A model generated the notes under the pieces. That model was not told the DNA's origin and did no database searches. It saw only the letters and a program-made list of their open reading frames with translations. A stretch of 64,000 bases of DNA from a virus (lineage: Duplodnaviria; Caudoviricetes): the IMG/VR virus record IMGVR_UViG_3300048598_000287, positions 96,001-160,000 of that record, one strand, 5' to 3'. This document shows, piece after piece, positions 10,100 through 19,497 of the stretch; position 1 is the stretch's first letter, and every line of letters starts with the position of its first letter. A program made the position numbers and the translations under genes.

Positions 10100-10771
10100 A
10101 TGGTCATACTTATATGCGGGACATCACCCACATTCAGCGCATTTGAAGTAAAACGCCCGAGGCTATATTTTAATCTAAATACCGGATATCTTCCTAGCGA
10201 TTATTATTGCGAATTAGGAGGAATGTTCAAGACATGGAAACAGATAAACACCGACATCGTTGGAATTGAACATTACCGCAGATTTTTCGTAGAAGAAAAT
10301 GTTCCGGCAGCAAATGTAATACTAGGTGAGTCGTCCATACGGAACATCCTAGAAAGATGCGACGTCATAATGACGGAAACAGCACTTCCTTCTGCTAATG
10401 TAATGACATGGATGGCAAAGGAAAAACATAATCTTAAAGAAAGCCGCCCCGATGTGGTAAAAACATTGCTGTTCTCATGGCTTATGTATCTTAGAGATAA
10501 TTATTCCGTTGAGTTCGTTGATTTCATGATGAACGAAATGCTGACATCTAACAAATACATGGGATGCAACATGTACATATCCAGGAAAGCGCTGTCCGAT
10601 AAGTATTGCGAATTTTTGTTTCCCATGCTTGAAGGATTTTCCATTGATAAAATGCATGGAAACATGGAACCCAGGCTTTTCGGATATCTGTCCGAATATG
10701 TCATGGGATACTGGATGAAATGGAATGAATACTCAATTCATCCAGTACGCAGAATGACCATTAACGCCTAG
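10100..10771 (+). CDS. DUF4422 (GT111-like) glycosyltransferase
   Basis: YCELGG..WK..IVGIEHYRRFF..CNMYI..YCEFLF..RLFGYLSE. Confidence 0.8.
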   Translation: MVILICGTSPTFSAFEVKRPRLYFNLNTGYLPSDYYCELGGMFKTWKQINTDIVGIEHYRRFFVEENVPAANVILGESSIRNILERCDVIMTETALPSANVMTWMAKEKHNLKESRPDVVKTLLFSWLMYLRDNYSVEFVDFMMNEMLTSNKYMGCNMYISRKALSDKYCEFLFPMLEGFSIDKMHGNMEPRLFGYLSEYVMGYWMKWNEYSIHPVRRMTINA

Positions 10772-11628
10772 CCTACTATCCATGGAATAAGATCTTTTTT
10801 AACCGCATCATATTCCTTGTCCCATATCTTTGTGACCTCGCTAGTTAAGCTTAGGTTATCCATCTTATACTTATGCGATACCTTCGGAGAGACGGAAAAG
10901 ACGTTTTCCTTTCCTATATTCGACATGGCCTCGAATGTATTGCTTTTCCCAGTCCTGGCAACCCAGTTATCCAGGATGTATTCTCCCCATTTCAACAGAC
11001 ACCTATTTCCATCGGTATCATCATTAGGAGTATCCATGGTGGTATTGAATGAAAGTATCCTGGGTTTCCACTCAGGATTATCCCGTTTGATGCCGGCTTC
11101 CAGCACCATTATGGGATCGTTTGACCACATACCTCCATCGCAATAATACTTTCCATCCTTTTCTAGCACGTCGAAATATGTAGGCGCCGATGCCGAGGAC
11201 AATACGGCGAACCATTTTTCTTCAGTATCGCCGATACCCCATACCTTTTCCACACTGTCCCCGTTCATGCAGGTAGTGGTGATGTAAACGGGTTTCTTCC
11301 AATCGTTCAGTTTTCCCGTTAGCTTGGTTTTAAGCATCTTTTTAAGATTGCTATTGTCATAAGTAGGGCATGACGGATTGATACGCTTATACCAGGGATA
11401 TTTAGTGAAAATCTTTTTTAGATTGTCGCTATATAGATAATATATCGCGGTCGCGGACATTCCTTCAGAAAGGCAGGCCGCTATTATTGCTCCCGTTGAT
11501 GTTCCGGAATATGCAACGGACATTCCTGAAAGTGATTTTCCTAAATCTGCTTCCAGTCTTGTCATGAACCAAAGCGGGCCAATTCCCAGTGCCCCTCCGC
11601 CATTTATTGATATAGCTAGATTTCCCAT
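10768..11628 (-). CDS. Patatin-like phospholipase
   Basis: INGGGALG, GTSTG nucleophile, SASAPTYF, DGG. Confidence 0.9.
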   Translation of the reverse strand: MGNLAISINGGGALGIGPLWFMTRLEADLGKSLSGMSVAYSGTSTGAIIAACLSEGMSATAIYYLYSDNLKKIFTKYPWYKRINPSCPTYDNSNLKKMLKTKLTGKLNDWKKPVYITTTCMNGDSVEKVWGIGDTEEKWFAVLSSASAPTYFDVLEKDGKYYCDGGMWSNDPIMVLEAGIKRDNPEWKPRILSFNTTMDTPNDDTDGNRCLLKWGEYILDNWVARTGKSNTFEAMSNIGKENVFSVSPKVSHKYKMDNLSLTSEVTKIWDKEYDAVKKDLIPWIVG

Positions 11629-11666
11629 GTTTTTATCCTTCCTAAAATTCCCTGCAATTCATATGT

Positions 11667-11744
11667 CAGTTTATATAAGATTTGCGGAAGAAAACTCCCG
11701 GAAGTCAATATGGAAGTTTTCTTCCCAAAATATTCTATAAACTA
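11667..11744. promoter_or_regulatory. Divergent late promoters (11667-11675 -, 11736-11744 +) enclosing two inward-facing IS left-end remnants
   Basis: CAGTTTAT|ATAAGATTTGCGGAAGAAAACTCCC ... GGAAGTTTTCTTCCCAAAATATTC-TATAAACTA. Confidence 0.6.
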
Positions 11745-11789
11745 TCACCAGCGTGGCTGGCTCACTCTCATTAATATAGAGGACCCTAT

Positions 11790-12614
11790 ATGGATATTGA
11801 ACGGAAGCTGTTTTCACCTACTCCGGAATGGATGCGGACCGTGTATGAAAAGTTCAACCGGATGTTTTTCGATAACGTCCTTCCCCATGATATAGACTTT
11901 GAGGTATCAAATACAACGAGCATGCTGGCTGACGCACGATACTGGTGCAACAGCAGACGGGCAAAAAATTGCACGATAAAAAATCATGGATTATATTTTG
12001 GATTATTCCGGATAAGAATATCAAAATATTATGACAACATGACTGAGCATGAAGCTGAAGAATTGATGGCGCACGAAATGATTCACATATATCAGTTTGC
12101 ATTCATAGACAAAAAAGAATGGAATTCACATGGAAGGCAATCCTCGCACGGATGGACGTTTACCGAATGGGTTGACAAGATTCGCCGGATAAGCGGAGGA
12201 AAGTGCATAGTCTCTCCTACATATGAACCGGTTGGATCATATCCAAAGCATACCATACGTGAACGCGAATATGAACTTGCCGAAAATAAGGCCGCCGATG
12301 AAATGGGCTTGGTGGTGTTCCCTACCGAACGGGATCCAAAAGATCCATATCATGTATGCTATAGAATATTCAAAAGCAAAGCCCTGTGTAATAAGGCCAA
12401 AAAATTTATAGAATCATCCTATAAAGATTGGAAACCTTTAGCTATATTTAAATCCGGCGAGAATCTGCATGGATATACATATTTCTTCTATGGTAAACCA
12501 AGAAAGAATGCATATAATGCAGGAAACTGGGAATCCGTAGATTATAGGGAACTTATAATGATGGATCGGTCAGGAGTAATAAAATTGAAACAGTTCCCAA
12601 AGGAGAAAAAATGA
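11790..12614 (+). CDS. SprT-like zinc metalloprotease
   Basis: YEKFNRMFF..LP, IRIS, LMAHEMIH, HGWTF. Confidence 0.8.
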   Translation: MDIERKLFSPTPEWMRTVYEKFNRMFFDNVLPHDIDFEVSNTTSMLADARYWCNSRRAKNCTIKNHGLYFGLFRIRISKYYDNMTEHEAEELMAHEMIHIYQFAFIDKKEWNSHGRQSSHGWTFTEWVDKIRRISGGKCIVSPTYEPVGSYPKHTIREREYELAENKAADEMGLVVFPTERDPKDPYHVCYRIFKSKALCNKAKKFIESSYKDWKPLAIFKSGENLHGYTYFFYGKPRKNAYNAGNWESVDYRELIMMDRSGVIKLKQFPKEKK

Positions 12615-12865
12615 ATCGGTTTTTAGAATCTCTGGAAGATATCCAGCTCGATGGAGATGCAAAGCAAGCGGTGGGAAAAATTTACCGGGCAATACAATCC
12701 CCGGAATACGATGATCTTGACATAGAAAAGGAGGCTTCTGAGCCTCCCAGTCTAGTTGAATTCGAAACACTTGGGTCAAATACTCCGGGAGTGACCGTGT
12801 CTGATGATGGACTGAAAATAACGCAGACCCTTCCTGATGGAACCGAAGTCATAACCGTTCAGTGA
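12611..12865 (+). CDS. Small acidic protein with the shared N-terminal motif
   Basis: FLESLEDIQLDGDAKQAVGKIYRAI. Confidence 0.65.
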   Translation: MNRFLESLEDIQLDGDAKQAVGKIYRAIQSPEYDDLDIEKEASEPPSLVEFETLGSNTPGVTVSDDGLKITQTLPDGTEVITVQ

Positions 12866-12866
12866 A

Positions 12867-13727
12867 TCAGCCTATCCGATCAAGCATTCCCGTATCTCTC
12901 ATCAACGGATCGTGTTCTATTTCGTCCTGTATCATCTGCCCGGCCTCTTCAGGAATGGATATGTCATCCGGATAATCATCAACGGTTCCTACTGTAAGCA
13001 TTGATGATGGATAGCCTTCTTCCTTCCCTGGATCACCAATTATTCCATTGGAAGAAACGATCACATCCTCATCCGGCTGTTCCCCACATTCGCATTCTGA
13101 ATCAGTTTCCTGGTCATCTTCCTCAGTTATCCGGCGCTCATCATTTTCTCCCATTGCCGACGCCATTAGGCTTTCCCATTCTGCTATCAGAGGAATAAGT
13201 TCAGTTATTGGATCGCATTCTGAACATGTGCCTTCTCCGGTGGACATGTCCTTTAGATAATCGACGGGTGTTTTCCCTGTGATATCTTTTTCATTCCATA
13301 CCGTTTCTTTTTCCATATCCCCTTCATTACCTGTTTTATATTCATATACGAGAGGATGTTCAAGTATGGACTTTAGAAGCCCATAATCGATCTGTTCAGT
13401 AGTTTTCCCTACCGCGTATTCGACAAGATTCATGAGTACGGTATCCCCGTATGAATTTTTAGCCGCTAGATATATGGGATTTATTTCCAGAAGCGCGCTC
13501 ACTCCATTATCCGCCCATTCATGCAGCATGGTAGTCCATTCTCCGTTTTCAGATGGACGTTTCACCATGAACTGCGCCGGATTCTGATATAGTTCCCGCA
13601 GATTTTCCCTGGATATGGAAGGAATGTCACGGTTGAATCCGCGCTGAATGCTTTCTATCATAGGAAGCCGGTCGGGAAACCGGTCCTTCATCGCGTTTAG
13701 TTCTAAATTGAATTTTCTCTTATCCAT
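12867..13727 (-). CDS. Ankyrin-repeat-like protein with acidic tail
   Basis: KNSYGDTVLMNL and KDITGKTPVDYL resemble ankyrin D/NxxGxTP/VL. Confidence 0.5.
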   Translation of the reverse strand: MDKRKFNLELNAMKDRFPDRLPMIESIQRGFNRDIPSISRENLRELYQNPAQFMVKRPSENGEWTTMLHEWADNGVSALLEINPIYLAAKNSYGDTVLMNLVEYAVGKTTEQIDYGLLKSILEHPLVYEYKTGNEGDMEKETVWNEKDITGKTPVDYLKDMSTGEGTCSECDPITELIPLIAEWESLMASAMGENDERRITEEDDQETDSECECGEQPDEDVIVSSNGIIGDPGKEEGYPSSMLTVGTVDDYPDDISIPEEAGQMIQDEIEHDPLMRDTGMLDRIG

Positions 13728-13747
13728 GAATACCTCGGGACAATGAA

Positions 13748-14125
13748 TTACGATACAAAAAGCGACACAGCCGAAGCGTAGTCAGCCGGACTCATGCCAG
13801 TTGCCTTTGCCGCATCTTCTATATCAGCATCTCCGGTAGATATCCCGTCATCCATCGTGTCAGTCGATTCATTGATCATAGGGGAATTTTCTTTTCCATT
13901 ATCTTCATTTCCGCCGCATTCGCATTTAACGTCGCCGGGAACACCATCATCGCATTTGCAATTGGTTTTGCCACATGGTTTTCCATCACATGTGCATTCT
14001 TCTCCAGAAAAATCACATTCCTGATCTTCAAAATATATACGGTGAAGCGCCTGGACCGCTTCGAACTGCGCCTTGCTGGTACATACCGACTTCAAATAGC
14101 TCTCAAACATATCGCTTGCTTTCAT
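13748..14125 (-). CDS. Cys/acid-rich late protein with the shared N-terminal motif
   Basis: FESYLKSVCTSKAQFEAVQALHRIYFE then CxC repeats; TATAAACTA at 14153-14161. Confidence 0.65.
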   Translation of the reverse strand: MKASDMFESYLKSVCTSKAQFEAVQALHRIYFEDQECDFSGEECTCDGKPCGKTNCKCDDGVPGDVKCECGGNEDNGKENSPMINESTDTMDDGISTGDADIEDAAKATGMSPADYASAVSLFVS

Positions 14126-14152
14126 ATGGATACATCCACATTAGTTTTAATA

Positions 14153-14161
14153 TAGTTTATA
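14153..14161 (-). promoter_or_regulatory. Putative late promoter TATAAACTA
   Basis: Recurring motif; no IS remnant attached here. Confidence 0.6.
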
Positions 14162-14190
14162 ATTCGAACGAATTAAACATATGGATACTG

Positions 14191-14865
14191 ATGAAGATAA
14201 TGGGCATAGATCCATCCGAACATTCCAGCGGACAGGTGATAATGGATTTGGATGATAAACTGGATATCAAGGAAATTCATTTTTATGGGTATAACAGTGC
14301 AAAGATAAGATGCATTCATACAGATAACATAGAAGTCACCCATCTTCCCACGGGATGGCATAAGATGTGTGTCATCCAGCGCAGAATGATCGCTATAGAT
14401 CTGCTGTTGTCGCATGTGAAAGATGTGCAGTTCATGTCTATCGAGGATTATGCATATGGCGCGTTAAAATCAAAGAAATGCCAGACAAACAGCATACTGC
14501 AGCTTGCAGAATTTTCAGGAACGCTTAAAACAGAGTTATACCGAAGGGGTATCGGGGTAATCGCCTATCCTATAGGATCCAACAAACTGTTTGCCACCGG
14601 AAATGGATCCGCAGGAAAGCCTGGAATGTGTAATGCAATGAAAGACATGCATCCTGACCTATTTCCAAAAGAATTCGAAGGAAACTATGATTCCCCGATA
14701 AATGACATGGTTGATGCCTTCTGGCTATGCGAAGTATTGAGAAATCATATAAAATATGACCGTGAACTTCCTATGGATGATGTAACCAAAGGATTGCTGG
14801 AATATACGTCTGGCGCTGGTAAATGCCTGGTAGGCACACGCATGGACATTATTAACCATGATTAA
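14191..14865 (+). CDS. RuvC-like Holliday junction resolvase
   Basis: MKIMGIDPS, IEDYAYG, LAEFSG.LK, KLFATGNGSAGK, DMVDAF. Confidence 0.8.
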   Translation: MKIMGIDPSEHSSGQVIMDLDDKLDIKEIHFYGYNSAKIRCIHTDNIEVTHLPTGWHKMCVIQRRMIAIDLLLSHVKDVQFMSIEDYAYGALKSKKCQTNSILQLAEFSGTLKTELYRRGIGVIAYPIGSNKLFATGNGSAGKPGMCNAMKDMHPDLFPKEFEGNYDSPINDMVDAFWLCEVLRNHIKYDRELPMDDVTKGLLEYTSGAGKCLVGTRMDIINHD

Positions 14866-16846
14866 TAGGATTATATAACTGGACGCCAATGCGTTTAGAG
14901 AACAATCCGCATGATTTTTTACCGGAATTATCATTCTTCTCGGGTCCTATGAAAATATAGTCCGGTGCCTTTATGTGCTCCTTTATAAGGGAAACCCATT
15001 TGGTGAATCCTATATCACTCATTTCATCAGGAGTTCCTTCCCAATGTTCGTATTTTTTACCGAACGGAGGGCACGCTATCACCGTTTTGTCCGTATGTAT
15101 AATTCCGGCAAGTACATCCCGTTCAGTCCATCCATACCATGAACAGAATAGCGGATTTATATCATATGCCTCGATTTTCCCATCAGGAGTAATCCCACGC
15201 GAAGTGAACCATTCTCTTACCCCTGAGACAATTCCGCCGAATCCTGACATAGGGCAATATACCCCGTTTGACAAATCCTTTCCGGACTGCTCTATTATTT
15301 TTAACAAATCCAGACTTCTTAACGCAGTAACTTTTGGCGCAATTTTAGCAATGGTGAAACGAGCAAGAACAAGTTTATCAATATCAGACTTTTCACCGCG
15401 GGCAAATTTTATAAGTTCAAATATATGATGCACGCAAAATGCCCGATATTTACCTGTTTCCAATGAATAATTCAGAATCTTAAGCATATTATTTACCGCA
15501 TTTCGTAATGTTGCCTTATCTTTCCATGCCGCATAAGGGGATTTATATCCAGGAACGAAACTTCTCCATATAGGATGCGCAGCCGGCCATTTATGAGTTC
15601 CTGGAAATGGGGACCCAATGCAATGATCCACTATAACGTCGGCGGTTACATTTATTTTGGCAATGAAATTTATCAATGTCTCACATAATTCGCCATCGAC
15701 AAGTTCCACGTTATTTTCCTTTATGCACAGTAATTTGGAATTTTCCTTAGTTTCTGGAATTGACATAAGATGAAGAAGATATGAATTTTTTATGTCTATT
15801 ATGCGGGTCCCAATCAAAAAATCAGGAAAATAAAAATGTTGCGTTCCATTGAAAAAATATTGAAACTTAATCTTAGGGTGATATTCAAATGATATTCCTA
15901 AATATTTAAGTATATTGTAAAATTTTACCTCATATAAAGAATCGAACGTTAGCCCATCAAATTTTACCTTATGCCATTTTCTGCTATTGAATTCTATTGT
16001 CTGAGAATACGATTTTACACCGAACCTTTCCATGTTGGTGCTTTGCATCTTTTGAATATTATGATAATACCGGTCACCATATTTCTTTTCGCATGTTGCG
16101 TACTGACCACGATCACGCATATCAGGAGAGGACCAATTATGAGGATAACCAAAACGAGCAATGCATGTATTTCTAATACGTTTCCTTATTTTTATCTTGT
16201 CTTCGTTATTAATATTGCGCAGTCCTGAAGATACTTTATCACGGTTTTCTTGAACATTCATTGCATTATTATCGGAATGTAATTTGCATAAACATTCACT
16301 GGATCCACACGTCATTTGAAATTTGAATGATTCAAATTTCCTTTTATTTCCACAATATGGGCACGAATGATCAGTCTTATCTATATATTTTTCAAAATAT
16401 GTCAAATGATCAACTTCAGGATGAACCTCAGATAGATGCTGACTAAGTTTATTGAGAGATTTATATCCCTTCCCGCATATTGAACATGTGAACTTATTCA
16501 TTTCAGCTGAATGTCTTACATAGTCTTCATATTTCTCAATGCTTCCATATTTTTTAATGTGCCGACGGGTTTCGGCATCCTTTGATGCCATAGATTTTCC
16601 ATACAATTTTCTCATGGTGTCATGCTGGAGCTTTCTTACGCATGATTCACTGCCGCATGTCTCCTTATATACGCCATGAGAAAATTCATTCTGCTTGCCG
16701 CAATATATACATACATGAGTACGTCCTGGTGCAACATACGTGTCATAATAGATTTTATAATCAATCTTATGAGTACGTTGCACATGATTTACAAGGCCCC
16801 CTAGGAGCGAATAGTCATTTCCGCATATTAAACATTTACATGGCAT
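14852..16846 (-). CDS. Homing-endonuclease-like protein (C2H2/CxxC zinc fingers + PD-(D/E)xK) with C-terminal methyltransferase-like domain
   Basis: CLICG..HVQRTH, CSICG..HLSEVH; STNMERFGV repeats; FDSLYE..YFPDF..IDIKN; VYCPMSGFGG and ACPPF. Confidence 0.65.
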   Translation of the reverse strand: MPCKCLICGNDYSLLGGLVNHVQRTHKIDYKIYYDTYVAPGRTHVCIYCGKQNEFSHGVYKETCGSESCVRKLQHDTMRKLYGKSMASKDAETRRHIKKYGSIEKYEDYVRHSAEMNKFTCSICGKGYKSLNKLSQHLSEVHPEVDHLTYFEKYIDKTDHSCPYCGNKRKFESFKFQMTCGSSECLCKLHSDNNAMNVQENRDKVSSGLRNINNEDKIKIRKRIRNTCIARFGYPHNWSSPDMRDRGQYATCEKKYGDRYYHNIQKMQSTNMERFGVKSYSQTIEFNSRKWHKVKFDGLTFDSLYEVKFYNILKYLGISFEYHPKIKFQYFFNGTQHFYFPDFLIGTRIIDIKNSYLLHLMSIPETKENSKLLCIKENNVELVDGELCETLINFIAKINVTADVIVDHCIGSPFPGTHKWPAAHPIWRSFVPGYKSPYAAWKDKATLRNAVNNMLKILNYSLETGKYRAFCVHHIFELIKFARGEKSDIDKLVLARFTIAKIAPKVTALRSLDLLKIIEQSGKDLSNGVYCPMSGFGGIVSGVREWFTSRGITPDGKIEAYDINPLFCSWYGWTERDVLAGIIHTDKTVIACPPFGKKYEHWEGTPDEMSDIGFTKWVSLIKEHIKAPDYIFIGPEKNDNSGKKSCGLFSKRIGVQLYNPINHG

Positions 16847-16898
16847 AGTCCAAATATACAAAAAAACAGAAGAAAACACATGGATTAGTTTATTTTTA

Positions 16899-19412
16899 TC
16901 AAATATTTACCCTATTTTTTAGCTCGTTCAGCTTTCCGTCATTCCAGCTTTTCGTAATTGATTTACGAGGAGACCCACTTAAATATCCTGTTATTCTTCT
17001 TACACGGACGATATAATTTTCATCAGTATTTCCGCACTTTGGGCAGGCACCGTTAATTACGCCATGGAAATGGCATACCTTACCAGTGTCATCCATATGT
17101 ACACACGTGTCGCTATCCATTGTCACGGTGAAATATCCTAGGTCATGTTCATACATATAATTCATGCATTTTTCCACCCCATCGATATTTTTGCTGAGGT
17201 CGCCATCTATCTTGTAATAGAATATATGACCTGCATTTGTCATTTCATGGAACGGCGCTTCCCACTTGACCTTGTTCTCCAGTGTTGTTTTTACATCGAA
17301 CGGAAGCATATGCGAATTAGTGTAGTATCCCTTTCCGAACAGTTGAAACATATCAACGTCCTTTAGCTTAGGATTCTTTTCGAACTGATGCTTGTCTATG
17401 TTGCAGAATCTTCCTGCCGTAGCCTCGGCAGGAGTGGCGAAACAGCTCCAGTTAAGATGAGTTTCCTTCTGTGTCTTTACACAGAAATTATATATACGTC
17501 TGACAATGTCTTCGCCAAGCGGTTTTATGGATTCATCAGTTCCCAATGTCTTACCGGTAAGCAGAAGTATGGTTTCATACAGTCCGATATACCCTATGCT
17601 AAGGGTTCCCTGCTTCAATATCTCGCCGATATGGTCATGAATATCATGCGGTTTATCATCCGAAGTAAGATACAGTCCCTGCTGCATGGTGAACGGGAAA
17701 TTTTCATACATTTTATTTGATATCAAGTTAAATCTATCAATAAGTGATTTCTTGACCGCGTCCAGCATGTAATCAAGCTTTTCATAAAATATTTTTATTC
17801 GTCCATCTTCGGAATCGGAGGCGATATGCGCCTCTATCGCAAGCTTTGGCAGATTAAGCGTATGAAAAGCCAGGTTTCCCCTGCCCACCGTCTGTTCCGG
17901 CCCGTTTATATTGCCTATTACTCTTGTACGGCATCCCATGGTAGATACGGTGCTTTCTGGAATTATACGTTGCAGTTTTCTCTTGCATATCTGCCAGTAT
18001 TTTCCATTGACATTAACTTCCCATCTTGGGTATGTATCGTTTTCATGTTCAATGGAAGAATACTTAGCCATATCATCTGATCCTATCTTCTTTACCATCG
18101 TATCAGGGGAAAGGATGAATTCGGCATTATACTCATATCTGATATATTGAGCGTTGAATTTATTATCTACGCCAACGGCATTAGGGTAAAATCTTCTGGC
18201 AAGGCAGATTATGGCTTCATGCCTTAGATCATAATTAGGATCATCCTTGAGATAAGACACTCCCCTCATATATTTGAATATGAGGATAGGAAAAATCGCG
18301 GTGAGTCCATCCCCAAGGCCAGCCATCTGAGCTTTTATAAGATTATGTGAAAGCATTCTTCCACAAATAGACGTGTCCAATCCGAAGTTCAGGCTGGAAA
18401 AAGGAACCTGGTTTCCTGATCTGCTTTGCAGGGAATTGAGATTATGAATTAAGCCTTCCATCGCCTGATATGTGTCATCATCCGTTTTTCTTACTGCGGC
18501 GATAACCTGAGCCTTTCCGTATTTCGCATACATATTACGCTGACCGTCATCCAGCGACACGCCGGACTTTTTAAGTTCAGCCTTAATCTTTTTCTTATGG
18601 GCTTCTTCGTCATACGTTTCGTCAAGGTCAGCATATTCAGGAAGAGTGTATCTTTCCTTAGCGGCCATTTCTCCGGCAAGATTATCAATGAAGCTCATGT
18701 TAACGAAAGGGGCAAGCTCGAAGTCGAGATTAGTCGAAGCTATTCCGCCGAACTGCTGATTTGACTGAAGCTGAAGAATCACCGCGGTTATCTGGGCGGC
18801 GGTCTTTATATTGCTTGGATTACGGATGAATCCTGTCCCGCTGTCGAATCCATGAGAAAGAAGCTTACTGATGGGTGCGAAAAGACAATTGAACGTAAGG
18901 TCATACATGTTCAGGTCATGAATATGCATATATCCTTTAGTATGAAGCTCCGCAGTCTTTCGGTCAATGATATTGAGAAGGTCATACACCTTATTCGTCT
19001 CGGAGGCGATCTTTGCATATGCCCCTGCGGGAGTATTTCCTGCCTCGTTAGCGTTATCACGGAGGATGTTCGAGGATTTGATATCAGATTCCTTGATTTC
19101 CTTGATTGTGCTTATTATCTTGCTCTTTGTGTCGCGTACCCGATTACGCTCATTCCTGTACAGGATGAAATTCTTAGCTACCTCTGGGTATCCTTTCATT
19201 AGGACCGCTTCCACGGTATCCTGTATATGCTCTACGCCTATATTGTTCTTTTCATAGGTTTCAAGAGATTCGCATACCTTATCGGTGAGTGATTCAAGAA
19301 TATCGTCATCGGCGATTTTTTGCGTTGCTGCAAAAGCGTTCTTTATAGCATTAAGTATTTTACTTGGGTTGAACTTCCTTCTTCTTCCATCTCTCTTAAT
19401 TACGTTCTTCAT
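16899..19412 (-). CDS. nrdD: Anaerobic (class III) ribonucleoside-triphosphate reductase with ATP cone
   Basis: VIKRDGR cone, HIHDL, QFGG, MGCRT, TPAE, YTNSH, RVRRITGYL glycyl-radical loop. Confidence 0.97.
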   Translation of the reverse strand: MKNVIKRDGRRRKFNPSKILNAIKNAFAATQKIADDDILESLTDKVCESLETYEKNNIGVEHIQDTVEAVLMKGYPEVAKNFILYRNERNRVRDTKSKIISTIKEIKESDIKSSNILRDNANEAGNTPAGAYAKIASETNKVYDLLNIIDRKTAELHTKGYMHIHDLNMYDLTFNCLFAPISKLLSHGFDSGTGFIRNPSNIKTAAQITAVILQLQSNQQFGGIASTNLDFELAPFVNMSFIDNLAGEMAAKERYTLPEYADLDETYDEEAHKKKIKAELKKSGVSLDDGQRNMYAKYGKAQVIAAVRKTDDDTYQAMEGLIHNLNSLQSRSGNQVPFSSLNFGLDTSICGRMLSHNLIKAQMAGLGDGLTAIFPILIFKYMRGVSYLKDDPNYDLRHEAIICLARRFYPNAVGVDNKFNAQYIRYEYNAEFILSPDTMVKKIGSDDMAKYSSIEHENDTYPRWEVNVNGKYWQICKRKLQRIIPESTVSTMGCRTRVIGNINGPEQTVGRGNLAFHTLNLPKLAIEAHIASDSEDGRIKIFYEKLDYMLDAVKKSLIDRFNLISNKMYENFPFTMQQGLYLTSDDKPHDIHDHIGEILKQGTLSIGYIGLYETILLLTGKTLGTDESIKPLGEDIVRRIYNFCVKTQKETHLNWSCFATPAEATAGRFCNIDKHQFEKNPKLKDVDMFQLFGKGYYTNSHMLPFDVKTTLENKVKWEAPFHEMTNAGHIFYYKIDGDLSKNIDGVEKCMNYMYEHDLGYFTVTMDSDTCVHMDDTGKVCHFHGVINGACPKCGNTDENYIVRVRRITGYLSGSPRKSITKSWNDGKLNELKNRVNI

Positions 19413-19497
19413 TATGTTTCCTTATTGTGCGATTAAGTTTATCTTCCGATATATGAGTATATCCGCTATTTTCCAAATATTAATTGATATTTTTAAA

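Noticed and set aside
10768-11628. Patatin as a CBASS CapV effector
   Set aside because: No cyclase or other CBASS gene is nearby; it sits alone behind a late-type motif.
12867-13727. Eighth member of the shared-tag family
   Set aside because: The N-terminus (FNLELNAMKDRFPDRLPMIESIQRGF) matches only loosely and lacks the ES and AV positions.
13975-14190. N-terminal extension of the RuvC-like ORF
   Set aside because: It overlaps an opposite-strand gene; the resolvase fold begins at MKIMGID (14191).
17940-18150. Intein or intron in nrdD (extra ~60 aa before MGCR)
   Set aside because: The ORF is continuous, the insert is short, and it has no intein terminal motifs.
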